NCBI GenBank assembly: GCA_040954595.2
Contig: CM082592.2
Coordinates: 3,984,735-4,048,734, forward strand
Reading direction: 5' to 3'
Length of the DNA: 64,000 nucleotides
Origin: Balanoglossus misakiensis
Taxonomy: Eukaryota > Animalia > Hemichordata
Shown here: piece by piece, positions 1 through 13,500 of the stretch
How positions within the stretch are numbered: the first letter of the stretch is position 1
Layout of the letters: each line of letters opens with the position of its first letter
Notes under the pieces: generated by a model
What the model was told of the DNA's origin: nothing
Databases searched by the model: none
What the model saw: the letters and a program-made list of their open reading frames with translations, nothing else
Position numbers and translations under genes: made by a program

Positions 1-55
1 CGATATCATCTTTTGATATCAGTACTCGGAACCCTACACCCAAACCATGTGTAAA

Positions 56-236
56 TACTATAAAACTGGTTATTTTTCGCGACAGGAAATGTTCGCGATA
101 TCAAAGGAGGCAAGGATTAATTTTCGCGTTCTCTTATTTTCACTGAAAAAAACATTTTATTTTATTTCCATGTTTTTTTGGCTCTCGCGTGTTTTGCGAA
201 AATTTATTGCTCGCGAAAATAACCCGTTTTACAGTA
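56..236. mobile_element. MITE family A, copy 1 (TA-flanked, Tc1/mariner-like non-autonomous element), reverse orientation relative to the other copies
   Basis: Termini TACTATAAAACTGGTTATTTTTCGCGA ... TCGCGAAAATAACCCGTTTTACAGTA form an imperfect TIR with TA at both ends. The interior resembles the copies at 4117, 15938 and 20435. Confidence 0.8.
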
Positions 237-1750
237 CAATGACTGTTTCTGGTGTATCTAATAAATTATGCATTGTGTCATTGGCACGTTCGTCGTGCAA
301 GGTTAGCTTTAAGCCCGCAAATAAATTGAGTATAACATTCTAGAGGGTAATAATTTCAAAAATAACCAAATAATATTAAGCATATTAAAATTTTTTTGTT
401 CAATCTTAGTGCCATTGCTCTACATTGACAGAGTCTGGTTACTTTGGCTGTCCTTCCCTGTACAGGCCAATATGGAAAAGATATGTTCAATATTTAATGA
501 ACAATGTAATCTCCATGTTTTTGGACAATATTCTAGCTGTTTTTTCTCGTATATGCCGTGAGTCATTTATGATTATATGAAAACTACTAAATTTTTAATC
601 AAGAAGCAATGTTATACATTGTGCATATTGACTGAATTTATGAATAATTGAATGACGATTTCTGTAAGGTATGTACGGTATTGTCATTTGAGTGTTTATG
701 TGTCATGTCTACAGTCCAGAAGTAAATCTAATAACTGATGGTTCAAAATCTTATAAACAAGCATATCTGGTGCCCAGGGAATGTCTACAACTTGTACATC
801 TGACTTCAAAATAAATAAACCTTTAAATTTGTAATTGTTGTGAGTGACTTTCACAAAACTAAAGGTCACTGATATAAATTTGGAAGAAAAATCTGCATTT
901 TTACACCTTAGGCAAATTTCATTGTGATGTTTTAAAGCCGTATATTCCAGAACTTTTTACGTTTTTTGTTGTTTACCCAAAAATATCTTCAAATTGTCTT
1001 CAATATTCTTTAAGTTCTCTCCATGATTTCCTTGACAGAACGAACAAAAAAATTGAGAAGCAATTTAGTTTCCATTTGCGTTATTTGATCCAGGCAGCCC
1101 GTTCTGGTGGCAATCAAATTCTTATTAATTTGTTCAATTATTTACTTGTATGTTCCCATCAATGTTTAATAACCAGCTGAAAGGTACCCCTAGGGGAGCG
1201 TGTTTACACAAGATCGTTTCGTTTTAAAGCAAAATCACACGAAAAAAATGGGGAAAAAATGTTCCGTTCTACAGCATATGGGTCTTTTTACGGAATTAAA
1301 TGGTTTGTGTGGTTACCAGGACACACAGCATACAGTGATGAGACTTAAGATGCTCTCTCAAGGATGTACCGTACGTGCACTACCGTATGAATACAAGCAT
1401 GTGAAATTTGTCTCCTCCCATTGGATTGCATAAAGAATTGTCAGAAAACCAATTTCTACTATTTTCATGAAATTTTGTGCATGCCTTTAGAATTCAGTGG
1501 TCAAATAAAATCGAATGGTCACAATTGCCCAATTATAGCTTTGTTGAAAATGTTCATCCATAGAAAATACCATTGATAAAAAAATTGCTGACACAGCAGG
1601 TTTTTTCATGATCGACTAAATTCACGGCCCTGTATTTAAAAAAACCCACGGTGACCCCTATGTTTTATAACTGATTTTTAAAAATAAAACTTACGACGGT
1701 CCGAGAATCCTTAAATCGACAATTAATAGAAATGGTATGTCCTTAAGACC

Positions 1751-1845
1751 TTAATCCTTTCACCACCATATTGTTTGGTCCAACTCCACTGTTCTCAGTT
1801 GCAATGTTGGACCTCTGTACATGGAAATGGGGGTGAAAGGGTTAA
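1751..1845. mobile_element. MITE family B, copy 1 (~93 bp, TTAA-flanked, piggyBac-like termini)
   Basis: TTAA-TCCTTTCACC ... GGTGAAAGGG-TTAA. The internal GGACCTCT core is shared with the other copies. Confidence 0.8.
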
Positions 1846-2098
1846 TTGGATCAGGTGAGCATACTTCCCATAATCTCCTTACTACGTTTCTGTCTTTGGG
1901 AGAAGCAGCCCAACGCTGGGTGTCACAAAGATTACTGTCAAGCAAAGCTGACTGAACGATGTACGATCCGTTAAGTTGAAAATAATGTCTTTTCAATTCT
2001 TTGGACTGGGGATTGTTAATACACTCTCCTTGTCGCTGTTATGCTTGAACTTGTTCATGAAAATGTAACAGTCTGTCAATGTTGTGGATAATGAAAGA

Positions 2099-2121
2099 AA
2101 AAATGCTGAGTCAGCATTTTT
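2099..2121. promoter_or_regulatory. Perfect T-MARE (Maf recognition element) palindrome
   Basis: AAAAATGCTGAGTCAGCATTTTT: the TGCTGAGTCAGCA core with symmetric A/T flanks. Function is untested and it may be transposon-derived. Confidence 0.3.
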
Positions 2122-4116
2122 ACCATCATTTTTCTTTGGGCAATATTATAGTTAAAATGAAAATTGGCACAGTGACTGAAATATGTCGATCATTATAGAT
2201 GCTGAATTTAATATCATTTCACAGAGAGCCAAAGGCAATGCGTCTTGAAAATTGACAACAGTGGGAGAGCTAGAGTTTTCCGGCAATTTCCCGGGTGTAA
2301 TCCGGCGGGAAGAGACAGATCTGACCTCCTCCTCCTCCTACTACTGGAAAGTGTTTCTCTGATGGATATTTGCGCAGAGTTGTCAATTCATCATTACGGA
2401 CGCGGCTGTCATCGCGGACAGCGTCTCTGTGCAGGCGCGTGGCGAGGGCCAATTGTGAGTGGGGAGAAGATGATGAACTCTTTTGCATGTATGTTTCATC
2501 GCTCATCATAGTTATTACAGCCACTCATCCATTTCAGTAACAAAGCCGTCTCCGTTGCAGGGCATTTAATAATCATCCATATACACAGCTAAAAAAGATA
2601 TGCAGTGAACCGTTCCCTATACATCTCATCCCTCACTCCAATAATAACTGTTTTCGTTGCGCGCTCGATTTTAATCCTCCCGGGGTTACTTCGTTTCACT
2701 TACGAGATCCCCTCCTACTTTACCGTCTTTTAGCAAGTGTTGTGAGTTGCCATGGCGACAAGGGCCGGTGAAAAAAGCGCTGTCATTTCTGCTTGAGAAA
2801 AGGCATGTATTATGCATATTCTGTTGCTTGCGGCTAGCTTCTTATGATGCTGCAGCTTTGGTTCAATCCTGCTTTCATCTGATGACGTTGCATACACAGT
2901 ACACGTCTGTGCTCAAACCACATAATACCATGGACAGTATAATACATTGCAATACTCACAAACTTTTCTGTCGTTTGGGAAGTGGGGTATATAAAAACTA
3001 ATCTTCATTATTAGCACATACACAACCACCAGAAAGCCATCTTTGAAATGATAGGTGTGGTCTTTTATACATGCTTGTCCAAGCATGCAAACAGTTGAGA
3101 CAAAAGAGTGCTAAAAAACAGTGTAATTAACACTTGGGATAAAGGAATTCTGATGAACACCAAGCAATTAGTTAAAAGCTGACACAGTGTCAGTAATTTC
3201 AATACAACGTCACTAAAACTTGAAAGTGCGAGCTACATGCGTGTTTTTATGTGCAGTTCTGACAAAATAAAAGTGGAATAATATAGTATGTATACCTAGA
3301 ATGAAACTTATAGAAATATACCAGAGATGACAAAATTGTTTCATACGTCTTCTAACATTTTAGTGAAATTGGGGGTAACTTAGAATCAGATTTTGGCATT
3401 CAAAGATATCCTCTTAGTTCAAAAGTGTACCACTTACGTATTCACGTTTTTTGATCGATGTACATGTAGTTTCCAAATCAGCGAGTCAGGTAAACATTGC
3501 CCATCTCGCATTGTTTGTTTGACTGATGTTTTTGACAGATTTTGTGTGACGAATAATGGCGTTCCGGTTTTCATGGAGTTCGTTGTGTACCTTCCGTTCG
3601 TCTTTGTTGCGTGTTGTGTCAAAGGAAGAGAAGCTTTATACACAGAGTCAGGTTCAACTGAGATCGCAGTATGTACGCCCCCGCATAATTTGGTGAATTG
3701 CCAACGATGATTATTAACTTTTCATTATTGGAATGGATTATTTTATTCAACACATGTTGATGTTGACATGTCATGTCAAACTTGTAATCAGATTTGCATC
3801 CATGGGTTTGCTTCTTGGCAGTTAAAGAGATCTCAACGTACGTCCTGAAGTGATGTGGAAGAGACAGACGTTTGTGTTGAAGTGATAGTGTTGACATACA
3901 CTTGTAAAACCCGCAAGCTTTCAATCTAGATTTGCTGTCTCTTGAGACCAGGTTATTTCCTTAAAAGCTGATTCAACTGACAAATACAAGTGTTCGCACC
4001 TATAACTTATCACTTAAAGCCCCGATAGCTGCCATTTTGTGCATTATTTTCATGATTTTACTTTCAAACGTAGAGTGGGGTCCTCAAGCTAATCAAGTGA
4101 AGGGTGTACACGGACA

Positions 4117-4326
4117 TACTGTAAAACGGAAAATTTTCACGAACAATTAATTTTTGTGAACTACTCGAGAGCAAAAAAAAAACCGAAAATAAAAGTCGCG
4201 TAAAAATGTTTTTCTGAGAAAACAATGTAGTGAAATACAAGAACACAAAAATTAATTGTCGCTTAACAGTTGCTGATGTAGATATCGTGAAAATTTCCTA
4301 TCGTGAAATTTTCCTGTTTTACAGTA
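4117..4326. mobile_element. MITE family A, copy 2
   Basis: TACTGTAAAACGGAAAATTTTCACGA ... TCGTGAAATTTTCCTGTTTTACAGTA; TIRs with TA ends. Confidence 0.85.
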
Positions 4327-5668
4327 TTATCAACCTCTGATTGTGGCTGTAAATATAAACAAATTAAGTAATAAATGGGTGTGGCACCTATATTTAAATT
4401 GGAGAAATTTTAGTGTTTTTAATAAAAGTCAAATGTGAGACTATAGCCTACTCAATCGATTGAAATGACGAGCCTCTTTGCATTCTGATTACTCCCAGAC
4501 TTTCATTTGAATTTGTGTGATTGACAACTGATTTCACAGCACATGTTATTGTGTCGCTGCATTCGCAGTTAATCGTAAAGTATGGCTCTCCTGAAAGCTT
4601 TGATAGAATTTACATTGTCCTGCATACTTAAGCGATAGCCTCGATTTATGGATAATTTGATCATTCTGAGCAAGTTGGAAAAAAAGGTAGATATGCCTGC
4701 ATATAAATATTGACTGCAGTGGCAAAAGGAAATATGTGAAATTGGAAGACAAATTGAATTCATCAGTATTTCCTAATTGTGTTAGTTTCATATCAAAAGA
4801 ATCCTCTCAGTCCTGGAAGATGTTCAGAGAAGGTTGGAAAAGAATTATGGAAGACAGTCACGCACTACATACGTACTTACTGTGGAAACACTTTTCTCAA
4901 GATGAAGTCTTGATAATTGGTATTATTCAGCTGGAAGGGCAGGCTTTCTTAAAGCAACTGAATTAAGACTTTTATAAATCTGTAGATTCACCAGAACTAA
5001 CATTAACAGGCTCAGTGTTCTTAAAAAATAGAGGGTGGGCGTGTCTGCATATATTTTGAACATAACAAATGCTTTTATATGCAAAGTATATCACTTTAAA
5101 ATATTACTTTATGTCATTAAAAAACACTGCAGTGTTCTATTCTTGTATTAATTTTCATATCTGTTTCGCTCTGTTGTAATCACAACAGCCCTGGTTCAGG
5201 CACTGACTAAAATTCAGTAAGTGTGAACACTTGCATACAATCTATACACCTACAGAGGTTTTTTTTTTAGCCACGGTCGGATCCTAGTTGGATTTTACGT
5301 AATGTTATCAACACTTGCATGTAACGCTGTCTGGATGTGAATTATGCATGAGAATCCTGATTGAACTGAATATAAGTCAGTCACTTAATTGTAAACGGCG
5401 AAGACCGATTCACATACATGTATGCCAAGGGTTAAAAAATGTGAAGAAAATTGTAATCAGAATGTATTTTGAAATCCGCAGTGACAGAAATGTCAGGTGT
5501 CAATGCAGCAGATTATTAAGGATAAGACTAATTTGTGATCATTATTAACTGAAGAAAACTCAATTAACCTTTTCCATTTATGGCTGAAATGTATTACGTA
5601 TTCCAAAAGGGGTGATTTTGTGAGGAGTTACGTGTTAAAAATAGCTGTTGAATAATAAAGTTATCTTG

Positions 5669-5761
5669 TTAACCCTTTCACCACCATGGTTCAGTCCAAA
5701 CCCGTTGTTTTCTATGGTTAGGGTGGACCTCTAAAGAGGGAACTGGGGGTGAAAGGGTTAA
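5669..5761. mobile_element. MITE family B, copy 2
   Basis: TTAACCCTTTCACCACC ... GGGGGTGAAAGGGTTAA; highly similar to 57216-57308. Confidence 0.85.
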
Positions 5762-7126
5762 TGATGCATGACCCACTATAAATTCAAAATAGCAGATAAT
5801 TTAGTTTCCTTTTCTTTTTGTGTGTAATATTTCATCATTCTGACGTATCCTCAGCATTTGTGTGGTTCGGCATCAATGAATGGTACACACTACATGCATT
5901 GACAACACAAGGTACCAGTATTATTATCTTATCAATATAGGGCTAATTTCCTTCTTAATTTTCTTTATTAGATACTTGTCACATACAGTTATGCATCAAG
6001 TCATAATCTAGACTCTACTCACATGCATTACAGTTGCTATGCTGGGTTCTGAGTACATTTTTTTTATTTAACAAACCCAGTTCACGTTTCATCTCAGACA
6101 GGTATTCTTGATATATACAGACAGGTACATGTATTCTCGTATGGATCGAAACAGGTCCATTGAAACATTACGCGGTTTAATCTGTACAGAAGATAATTGT
6201 CTTAACCCAGGGCCTACAGATAGCAACGGTCTACCTGTCTCCACTGTTGTTCTTTTGCATGGCAACATGAGCTGTGTAGGAATGAAATTTTGCTTGAGGA
6301 TATAGCATCCACCCGCCCATGGTCAGTTCATTGATTATTATGTGTGGAAGTCTTCATATTGAATTTGAATTAAGGTCCAGACTAGAATTTATTTGCCAAC
6401 AAACATTGTATGTGTTTGCTAATTAATTGACAATTAATTAAGCCAATTCAGACTGAGGGTCTTTCAGCATCTTGTGGGGAGTAGAACAAGAGACTGGTTA
6501 ATAAATGACTAATAAGAAATGAATTCTTACTTATCATAGCCAAAAATTATGTATTCATTGTTCAACATTATTTTCCAGTGAAATTATTTTAGTATACATG
6601 TATTATATTATAATTTCATTGAAACAAATAAATAACTGATTTTTTGTATTAGAACAGAAACTGCACTTATACCAGCTTTAGGGCAGAGTAACTAACACAC
6701 ACAGGTGGCCTGCGCTGCTCAGTGCTGTAATAGAGTTCAATAATATGGTTGAGTGACTCTGACATCTCAAGGGGTTCTTACTGAGTATCATACAGAACTT
6801 AGTAGTCAAACATTTAGACAAGGACGCTCTCAGGCACATAACGTGACAACTACAGTGATTCTGACACGCCATCCTCGTATCAGTCACCGCGGTAACTCCA
6901 CTTCTCAGCGGCAGTTGCTCCCTGTAGTCTACTCTGTTTTTGCTGCAAGGGTTTTACTTTTACTTTAGAGTGGCTGCGAGATGATAGATGCAAACACTAA
7001 GCTACCGAACGTGATAGATCTTACCCAATAACAAGTGTCTCTGTGCGTGATACAAAATGGAAATTACATCATTGGGAGAGGTGGATGCGATGTGAATGAG
7101 CAAATTGATGAGAGAGCCCAGGGTTG

Positions 7127-7513
7127 TAGTCTAGAATCTATCCGTTCGTAGTCGCATTCACCCTACTACCGTCTAGGAACGCCTAACCAAAATCTAGTAA
7201 GGCCATAAAAATGGTAATTTGAATGTGAATAGTCTCCAACTGAGCAATCTGACGTCAGAGAAGTCAATCACTTACGTTGACCGACTACTGATTGGCCGTG
7301 AGGTGATGACGTTGAATGTTAATTATGTTTACAATGTAGCTCTTCCCCGAATGATACATAATCATGATCACGTGGTGACGCTTGACGTCAGATTGCTCAG
7401 TTGGAGACTATTCACATTCAACTTACCATTTTTATGGCCTTACTAGATTTTGGTTAGGCGTTCCTAGACGGTAGTAGGGTGAATGCGACTACGAACGGAT
7501 AGATTCTAGACTA
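7127..7513. mobile_element. Young 387-bp foldback-type non-autonomous DNA transposon with 131-bp TIRs and 9-bp TSD (AcademH-like or Mutator-like)
   Basis: 7127-7257 is the reverse complement of 7383-7513 with one mismatch. It is flanked by the direct repeat CCAGGGTTG (7118-7126 and 7514-7522). Termini are TAG...CTA. Confidence 0.9.
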
Positions 7514-10500
7514 CCAGGGTTGTGATTCTTGCAAGTTGTGGATTCAGTACCATCGTGCCTGTCAGGCTGTGAAATTGATGTAGTGACAGCTTAAGCTTGA
7601 TAGATTTTCTGTGTTAAGATTTCTGCCCGGTGAACGTAAGATTTATGCTTAGCTAATTCTGAGACATGTGGATGCCTTTTATTTATAAGGGCATATAGCC
7701 ACGGAGAATTTGTGCTCTTTCGCTGCTCTTACCGTTAAAGAACGGCTTGGCTCAACTAAACTAAATTTAACAGATGTGATAAGCAGATGTCGAGTGTCAA
7801 ATTTATTTCAAGGCAAATGATTTTCTGACAGGAAAATCTGTATTGAATAATTGAGACTTGGTAATTTTGTGGATTAGAATATGTGATATACTTAATGGCT
7901 GAACCGTCATGCTCAGAACAGCAATATAGCTGTTTTGCATACTGTCTGCAGGCTGTACTTTGTGAATACAGTGACATGGAGGATGGACTTGGATGCGTTT
8001 TGACGCTTTTTGGGGAAAACAATGATGAATAGTCAGTGTCTGGTAAAAGTTTATATATTGCGGAACCGCTGCTAAAGTTTTCCTGCACGTAACCCAAACA
8101 AAACCCCAACTCTCCAGGCATATATGCTCAATCAAAACAAATTCACCATCAGTTATAATGCTCTACAGTGCTTCAGTGTTATGATTAGAAACTATAGTCA
8201 CTGTTGCAATTTGTCAGTAAATGAGCTGAATTTAAAAAACTGCCTTGTGGAGAGGAAAAAACAACACATACACACCAGTTTTAATATCAGAGGCCTTTAT
8301 ATTAGTCTTGACTCCATTAAGTTATATTGATTTCAACCCACAATGATGCCGTGTAATTGCAAAGCTTGAATTTATTGCCAATCGGAGAACACTCAGATAA
8401 TTGAGAAAGTAGGCAATATAAAGAAAGTCTGTTTACCACGTTTTTCATATTGCTGTAACCGAATTGCTTCCAGTATTTGCTTTTATTGAGTGATTATTCA
8501 TTTCCCTCTGAATATATAATGTTTCTTTGCCCCTTTCAATTCAGGACTTTTATTTATTGAGTAATCATTCATCTTCCACTGAATTTGCCCTTTTCACGTA
8601 AACAAAAACGAACCACGCGTGATGGAGACTAACATTTTAGAGCTGTAATGGATGGTCGGCCACTGACATTGGATTACGAGAAATTTTCATTACGTTTCTT
8701 TCAAACATGCTACCCTAACCCAAAATTAATCTACGATGGGAAAGTTCTATAGGCGCGATTAATAATCCAGCGTTACCGTGGAAACTGCAGGGGTAGTCTT
8801 TGATTCTCCGTGACTTTTCCTGCATGTCTGAAATTATCGCCTGTCACTCGCTTACAAGTCAAAATTGAAATGTTACAGTTTTGCGCTAATTTGTTGATTG
8901 GATATTTTCACCGCACGACACAAGCAATGAAAATTTACAACGTTCAATCAAAAACGTAGTTTAACCAAACTTAATGGATGATTTTGTGCTCAGCATCCCT
9001 TACCTATTAAACATCAGATGAGTTTCAAAGTTAGTTTTTCCAATATCGTTTCACAATATCGTGATACGAGATGTATTAACCCGTATAATGGGTATTTTGT
9101 ACTCGTTTTATTTCATCATTAAATGTGTCTAATACCCCATTGGCACACTCCCTCTAGGGTTCTGTAAATGCGATTACTTGGACTCCAAATTGAAGTAGAC
9201 TTGAATGGACACTGAAATTGCATTGGGGGAGATTCTGAGAATCATCCCGTATTAAGCTCACCAAAATTCATTAGAGTCAATGATCAGCCATCAGCTCCAA
9301 TAGAACTCGCTTAAGTCATCACTTTTCCCTCTCTGGCTCTTGGGAGCCGTGTTAACTTCATTACCAGGGAAACCGCCTCCAGCCATTGTCTCCCTGTGCT
9401 TCATTGCCATGGCGATGCAAATAAATAAAACATGGTTTTGACGTCCTTTGTTTTGAAGTCGTGAGGTTGTTCCGTGTCTCATGTTTATGTTTCAGGGGCA
9501 TTGCAAATGTTTGCTCAGAAGTTTGATAAAATTATAGCCTATTTGGAATAATCAAAATAATATTTCTTTCCAGTCATCATATCAAGGCAAATCCACCAGC
9601 AATTTTTCAAGAAAAGTATAGAAAGTTATTAATGCCAATAGCCAATATCTGAGTTGACAATTACATTGTACGTTTTCCATTATTATGCCTGTGAAAATCA
9701 GCTTAATATTAAAAAACTGCAGTAAATTATGATGGTCAGATTAATATGTTGACATTTACATTTCAGTAGTGATGCAATATAGCCGAGTGACATTAAAAGA
9801 ACAGATATTTTCAGAGTTCTAATCTACTGGTTTTCTTACCAGAAAAAAACTTCTGTTCTTAAAACCAGGTATGTCTGATACTTGACGCTCGGTCTGATAA
9901 TGTACCACAGCTGGAGGTTTTGTGATGAAAATATGAAAATATCTGTCTTTTGGGAAAGTGACAGACTTTTTCAGGAAGTCTTTTATTACTGTTCCGCCTC
10001 TTTTCATTACAATGATGAGTCAACAAGGAATATTGACACAGGTGTGTGACTGTGTATGAAATTACAGAAAGTTGAAGTTGCGTGTAGGATTCGGGTTACT
10101 GATGTGCAGGGTATCTACAATGGCAAACCAGGCAATGTAAATTTTGTTGTCAATCGTTGGGATATGTCAAGAGATTTTTGATAACTGTGCCTTTTTTCTG
10201 TGTAAGTAAGCAAATGAGGCCGGAAAAATAAGATAATATTGTACAAGAAGATGGCGAGATTGAGAAATTGAAGACAGTTTTCCTGTGTACCTGTGAAATA
10301 GGGAAATATTTGATGATTTCCTCTGAGTTTCTGTATGCTTGTACTCAAAGCACAGAAATGCTGTACACCACTGAATCATGGGAAATCTCGATAATATACA
10401 TGTAGTTGTTCATCAAAATTCCCAGAGTTGGCGATTGAGAAGCCAACACCCGTAGTATAATCAAGCGTGATACAGGTTAAGTGGCTTCTACTTTGGTTTC

Positions 10501-13500
10501 AATTTACGAAGGCTCTCTTTGCAACCAGTAATTGCTGTGAATTTGACCCACATACATTGAGGATCTACAACAGCACAAGGAGATTGCCTTGGACACTGAC
10601 GTAGCACTGGTGAATTTGCTCGACTTCATACAAAACCCTAAATTGAATTTGACTTCCGAAGGGGCGCATGGTGGGATAGAATTACTTAAAGAGGAACTGA
10701 ATTTGAATTTGATTAACCTGTTTCAATGAACTTGCCAATCTCCCTCGTCATGGAATATCTATAGTACCCATACTGAGAATGTATGAAATAGACGAATCGA
10801 CGAGTTTTAAGGCCAGCTCTACTGTATAATGTTTTCCAAGATTATTGTAAGTTGTGGTGCCATATGTCAGATTTTTTTATTTTATTCGCCCCCCACCCCC
10901 CACCCATCCCCCAAGCCTGGAAGGACACATTGTTTGTGAACATTCTCAGAGTAAAATGCAAAACAAGATAAAACTCTGATGTTTAGTGTGAATCAGAATT
11001 CAACTTGATGGGGTCACGTTTTTCATGATTGCACAGAGGAAACTTCATACATTTTTTGTCGGTTTATCTGTAGAATGCATCTACTAGATACTTTAAAAAA
11101 CATCTATTCATTTATTTATGTATACCCTGCAGGCTGCAATACACTTTCGCTTGTATCACTTAGACATGCATAAATATCAAGGAAGCTCGAAAGTTGGGGG
11201 TCACCATAAATAGAAGAGGTCCTCATGCAAATCACGGTTGTTTATGCAAATTAAATAGTATCATGCAAATTAGAGATTGCCTTGCACAGTTTAAATAGCA
11301 AAACCTTATTCTCTTGGATTTACCGATATAGAATTTCAAAATTTCACACACATTCTGGGAGGACTCTGGACTGGGGGAAAAGTCTGCTACTTGCAAATAT
11401 GGAACACTGAAACTGTAGTGTACTGTCATATCATTTGTAAACAGCAAAGAAATTTTCAATGTTTAGAGAATTTGCCTAGTTTTTACTAGTTTATCCCTAC
11501 ATTGCAGTTCATCAAAAAATACTTTTCTTTTCTCAATCAGGTATCATTAAAACATCACAAGAATGACACAGAAGCCGAAATATACAGGAACACTTTTGAT
11601 CTTATTAGCTTTCAAAAATTAATTTCTTTATATTGTCATAGAGCTGGGTCTGTTTTGGTCGAATTTTTTTTTCCACATCAGAATATCTGTAATATTTCTT
11701 TGGTGATTAGCTATCTCCTAAGCATTTAGCAAATTGAACAGGTCAGGTGTGAGCAGTTCATTCAGACCCAAAAAAGAGAGTAATAACATATTCTGCGAGT
11801 CAGCAGATAATTCTACTGATAATTATTACCATGGCAACAGCCTGAAGTTATCACGGGCGGCTTTCACTACGAAGATAATGTTCATTTTTAGTTATTCATT
11901 GGACTCTATGCGTCTCCCCTTGATGTTTTTCTATCTGAACTATAAAAAGCTTCATGCATAATTAGTCATAGAAAATGAGAGAGAGAGAAATTCTATATTG
12001 GCAAGGTAATAATGGAAAGCAAACATTTTTTCAGATTCTATTGACTCAGACTCACCAAGACTTTTGAAATTTATCCTTCATGAAACTCTTGTGATGGGTT
12101 TACATTTTCTGTGTGAGCAGATGCAAACATGCCAATGAACTCTTTCGGCTGACTTTGCTTTATAGGTAAATGCACTCAAGAATATCTTTTTCTCAAATCC
12201 CAGAATTATTTTCCTTGTGTTATTTAGCTCGTGGTTGAGTTTATTTCCTTTCGCTGTGTAAAAGTTTAGAAGCAGTAGTAGTAGTAGTAGTATCTGTATT
12301 TGTCATGACTTTGTTGTCAGTTAGGGTAATCTAAATTCCTGTCTTCTGTTTACACCACACAATCATGCAAATCATAGGAGCCCAGAGTCTACAAACAACA
12401 GGAATTTGCATGCCTGTCATCCAATATTTGCCCAACAGAACAGAGCAAACAAAGTTAAAACAAGCACCAACTAGCTGGGAGGAAAAAAGGACACACCCCC
12501 TGGTTGTGGCTGTGATTTCTATGTACACCCTTTGGCCCTGCATGTTCACGGGCTTTAGCGCAGCAGCCAATAGCGGCGCAGTTTCTTATCAGTGTCGGGG
12601 CTGTTTGAGGGTTGCAAGGGTTGCGGAACAATACAACTCAATGGCATACCAATGCTGTTGAATGAAGTTACAACTGCTTGTGTTATACCTTGGGTAGTAT
12701 TGTTAACGGTCCCTCAAGACAAGTGTCGGCGATTGACACAGTGGGGGCAGCCTGTTGCGTTTCCTAAACGGAATCTTACCACTCATAACAAGGTTGGTCT
12801 GTTCTATATTTCAATTCTTCTTTAAAAATAGTCAAGTTTCTGGTAAAGACTGTGTTTGGGCAAGTTTTTTTGCCGTGTGATGACAATTTCTGGGCAGGTT
12901 GAAGATTTGGTGTCGCGCGGTGTACAGGTGAGCAGTCTGCTCCCTGGGGAGTTGCGTGTCGACATTTGTGAAAAATTACCTGCGTGACACCTGTTGATAC
13001 TATTGTTTGCTGGTTAAATCTCCGGGTTCCATTACAGGTCTGCATTACCAGTACATGTCAGTATTTTTTGTGCATTTCCTTTAGACGGTCGTTTTTTTTT
13101 TTTTAATTTTCGTTTATTCTGCACAAGTTCATGAGACTAGTCCTACCTGGAGGTGAAGGGTGTTTACCCACAGAAGAGTTGATTAGTTTACTGCAAACAA
13201 AATCCAGTGTGTACGTATGTTGGATAAATCTGGGCATGTAACAGACACTGGTAACTGTTTACTGCAAGGCCGTCAGGAATCTGTCAGCCGTGGTTTGCAG
13301 TTTCTGAAAGGGCGTAAATAAACCCGGTGTAGCACGCCGTCTGGTTTGATCAAATTACACCAATGTCGTCCCGTCCCGTCCGCCATGAAAATGTCCTCTT
13401 TTCAGGAGCAGTAAATTGAGGTATAGCACAGTACACAGAAGGAAAGTTTGTGAATGCAGCATTTACAATGAAACCTGTCGTGCATTGAGTGCATATTCCG

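Noticed and set aside
300-1750. Possible long non-autonomous DNA transposon ending in CCTTAA
   Set aside because: No matching left terminus or TSD was found.
7219-7446. 75-aa ORF inside the foldback element
   Set aside because: Non-ATG start, spans the TIR/spacer and has no transposase motifs.
12880-12933. ATG-to-strong-donor segment (MTISGQVEDLVSRGVQ|GTGAGC)
   Set aside because: Phase 0 does not match the next supported acceptor (24121, phase 1). It could be a non-coding exon but is unsupported.
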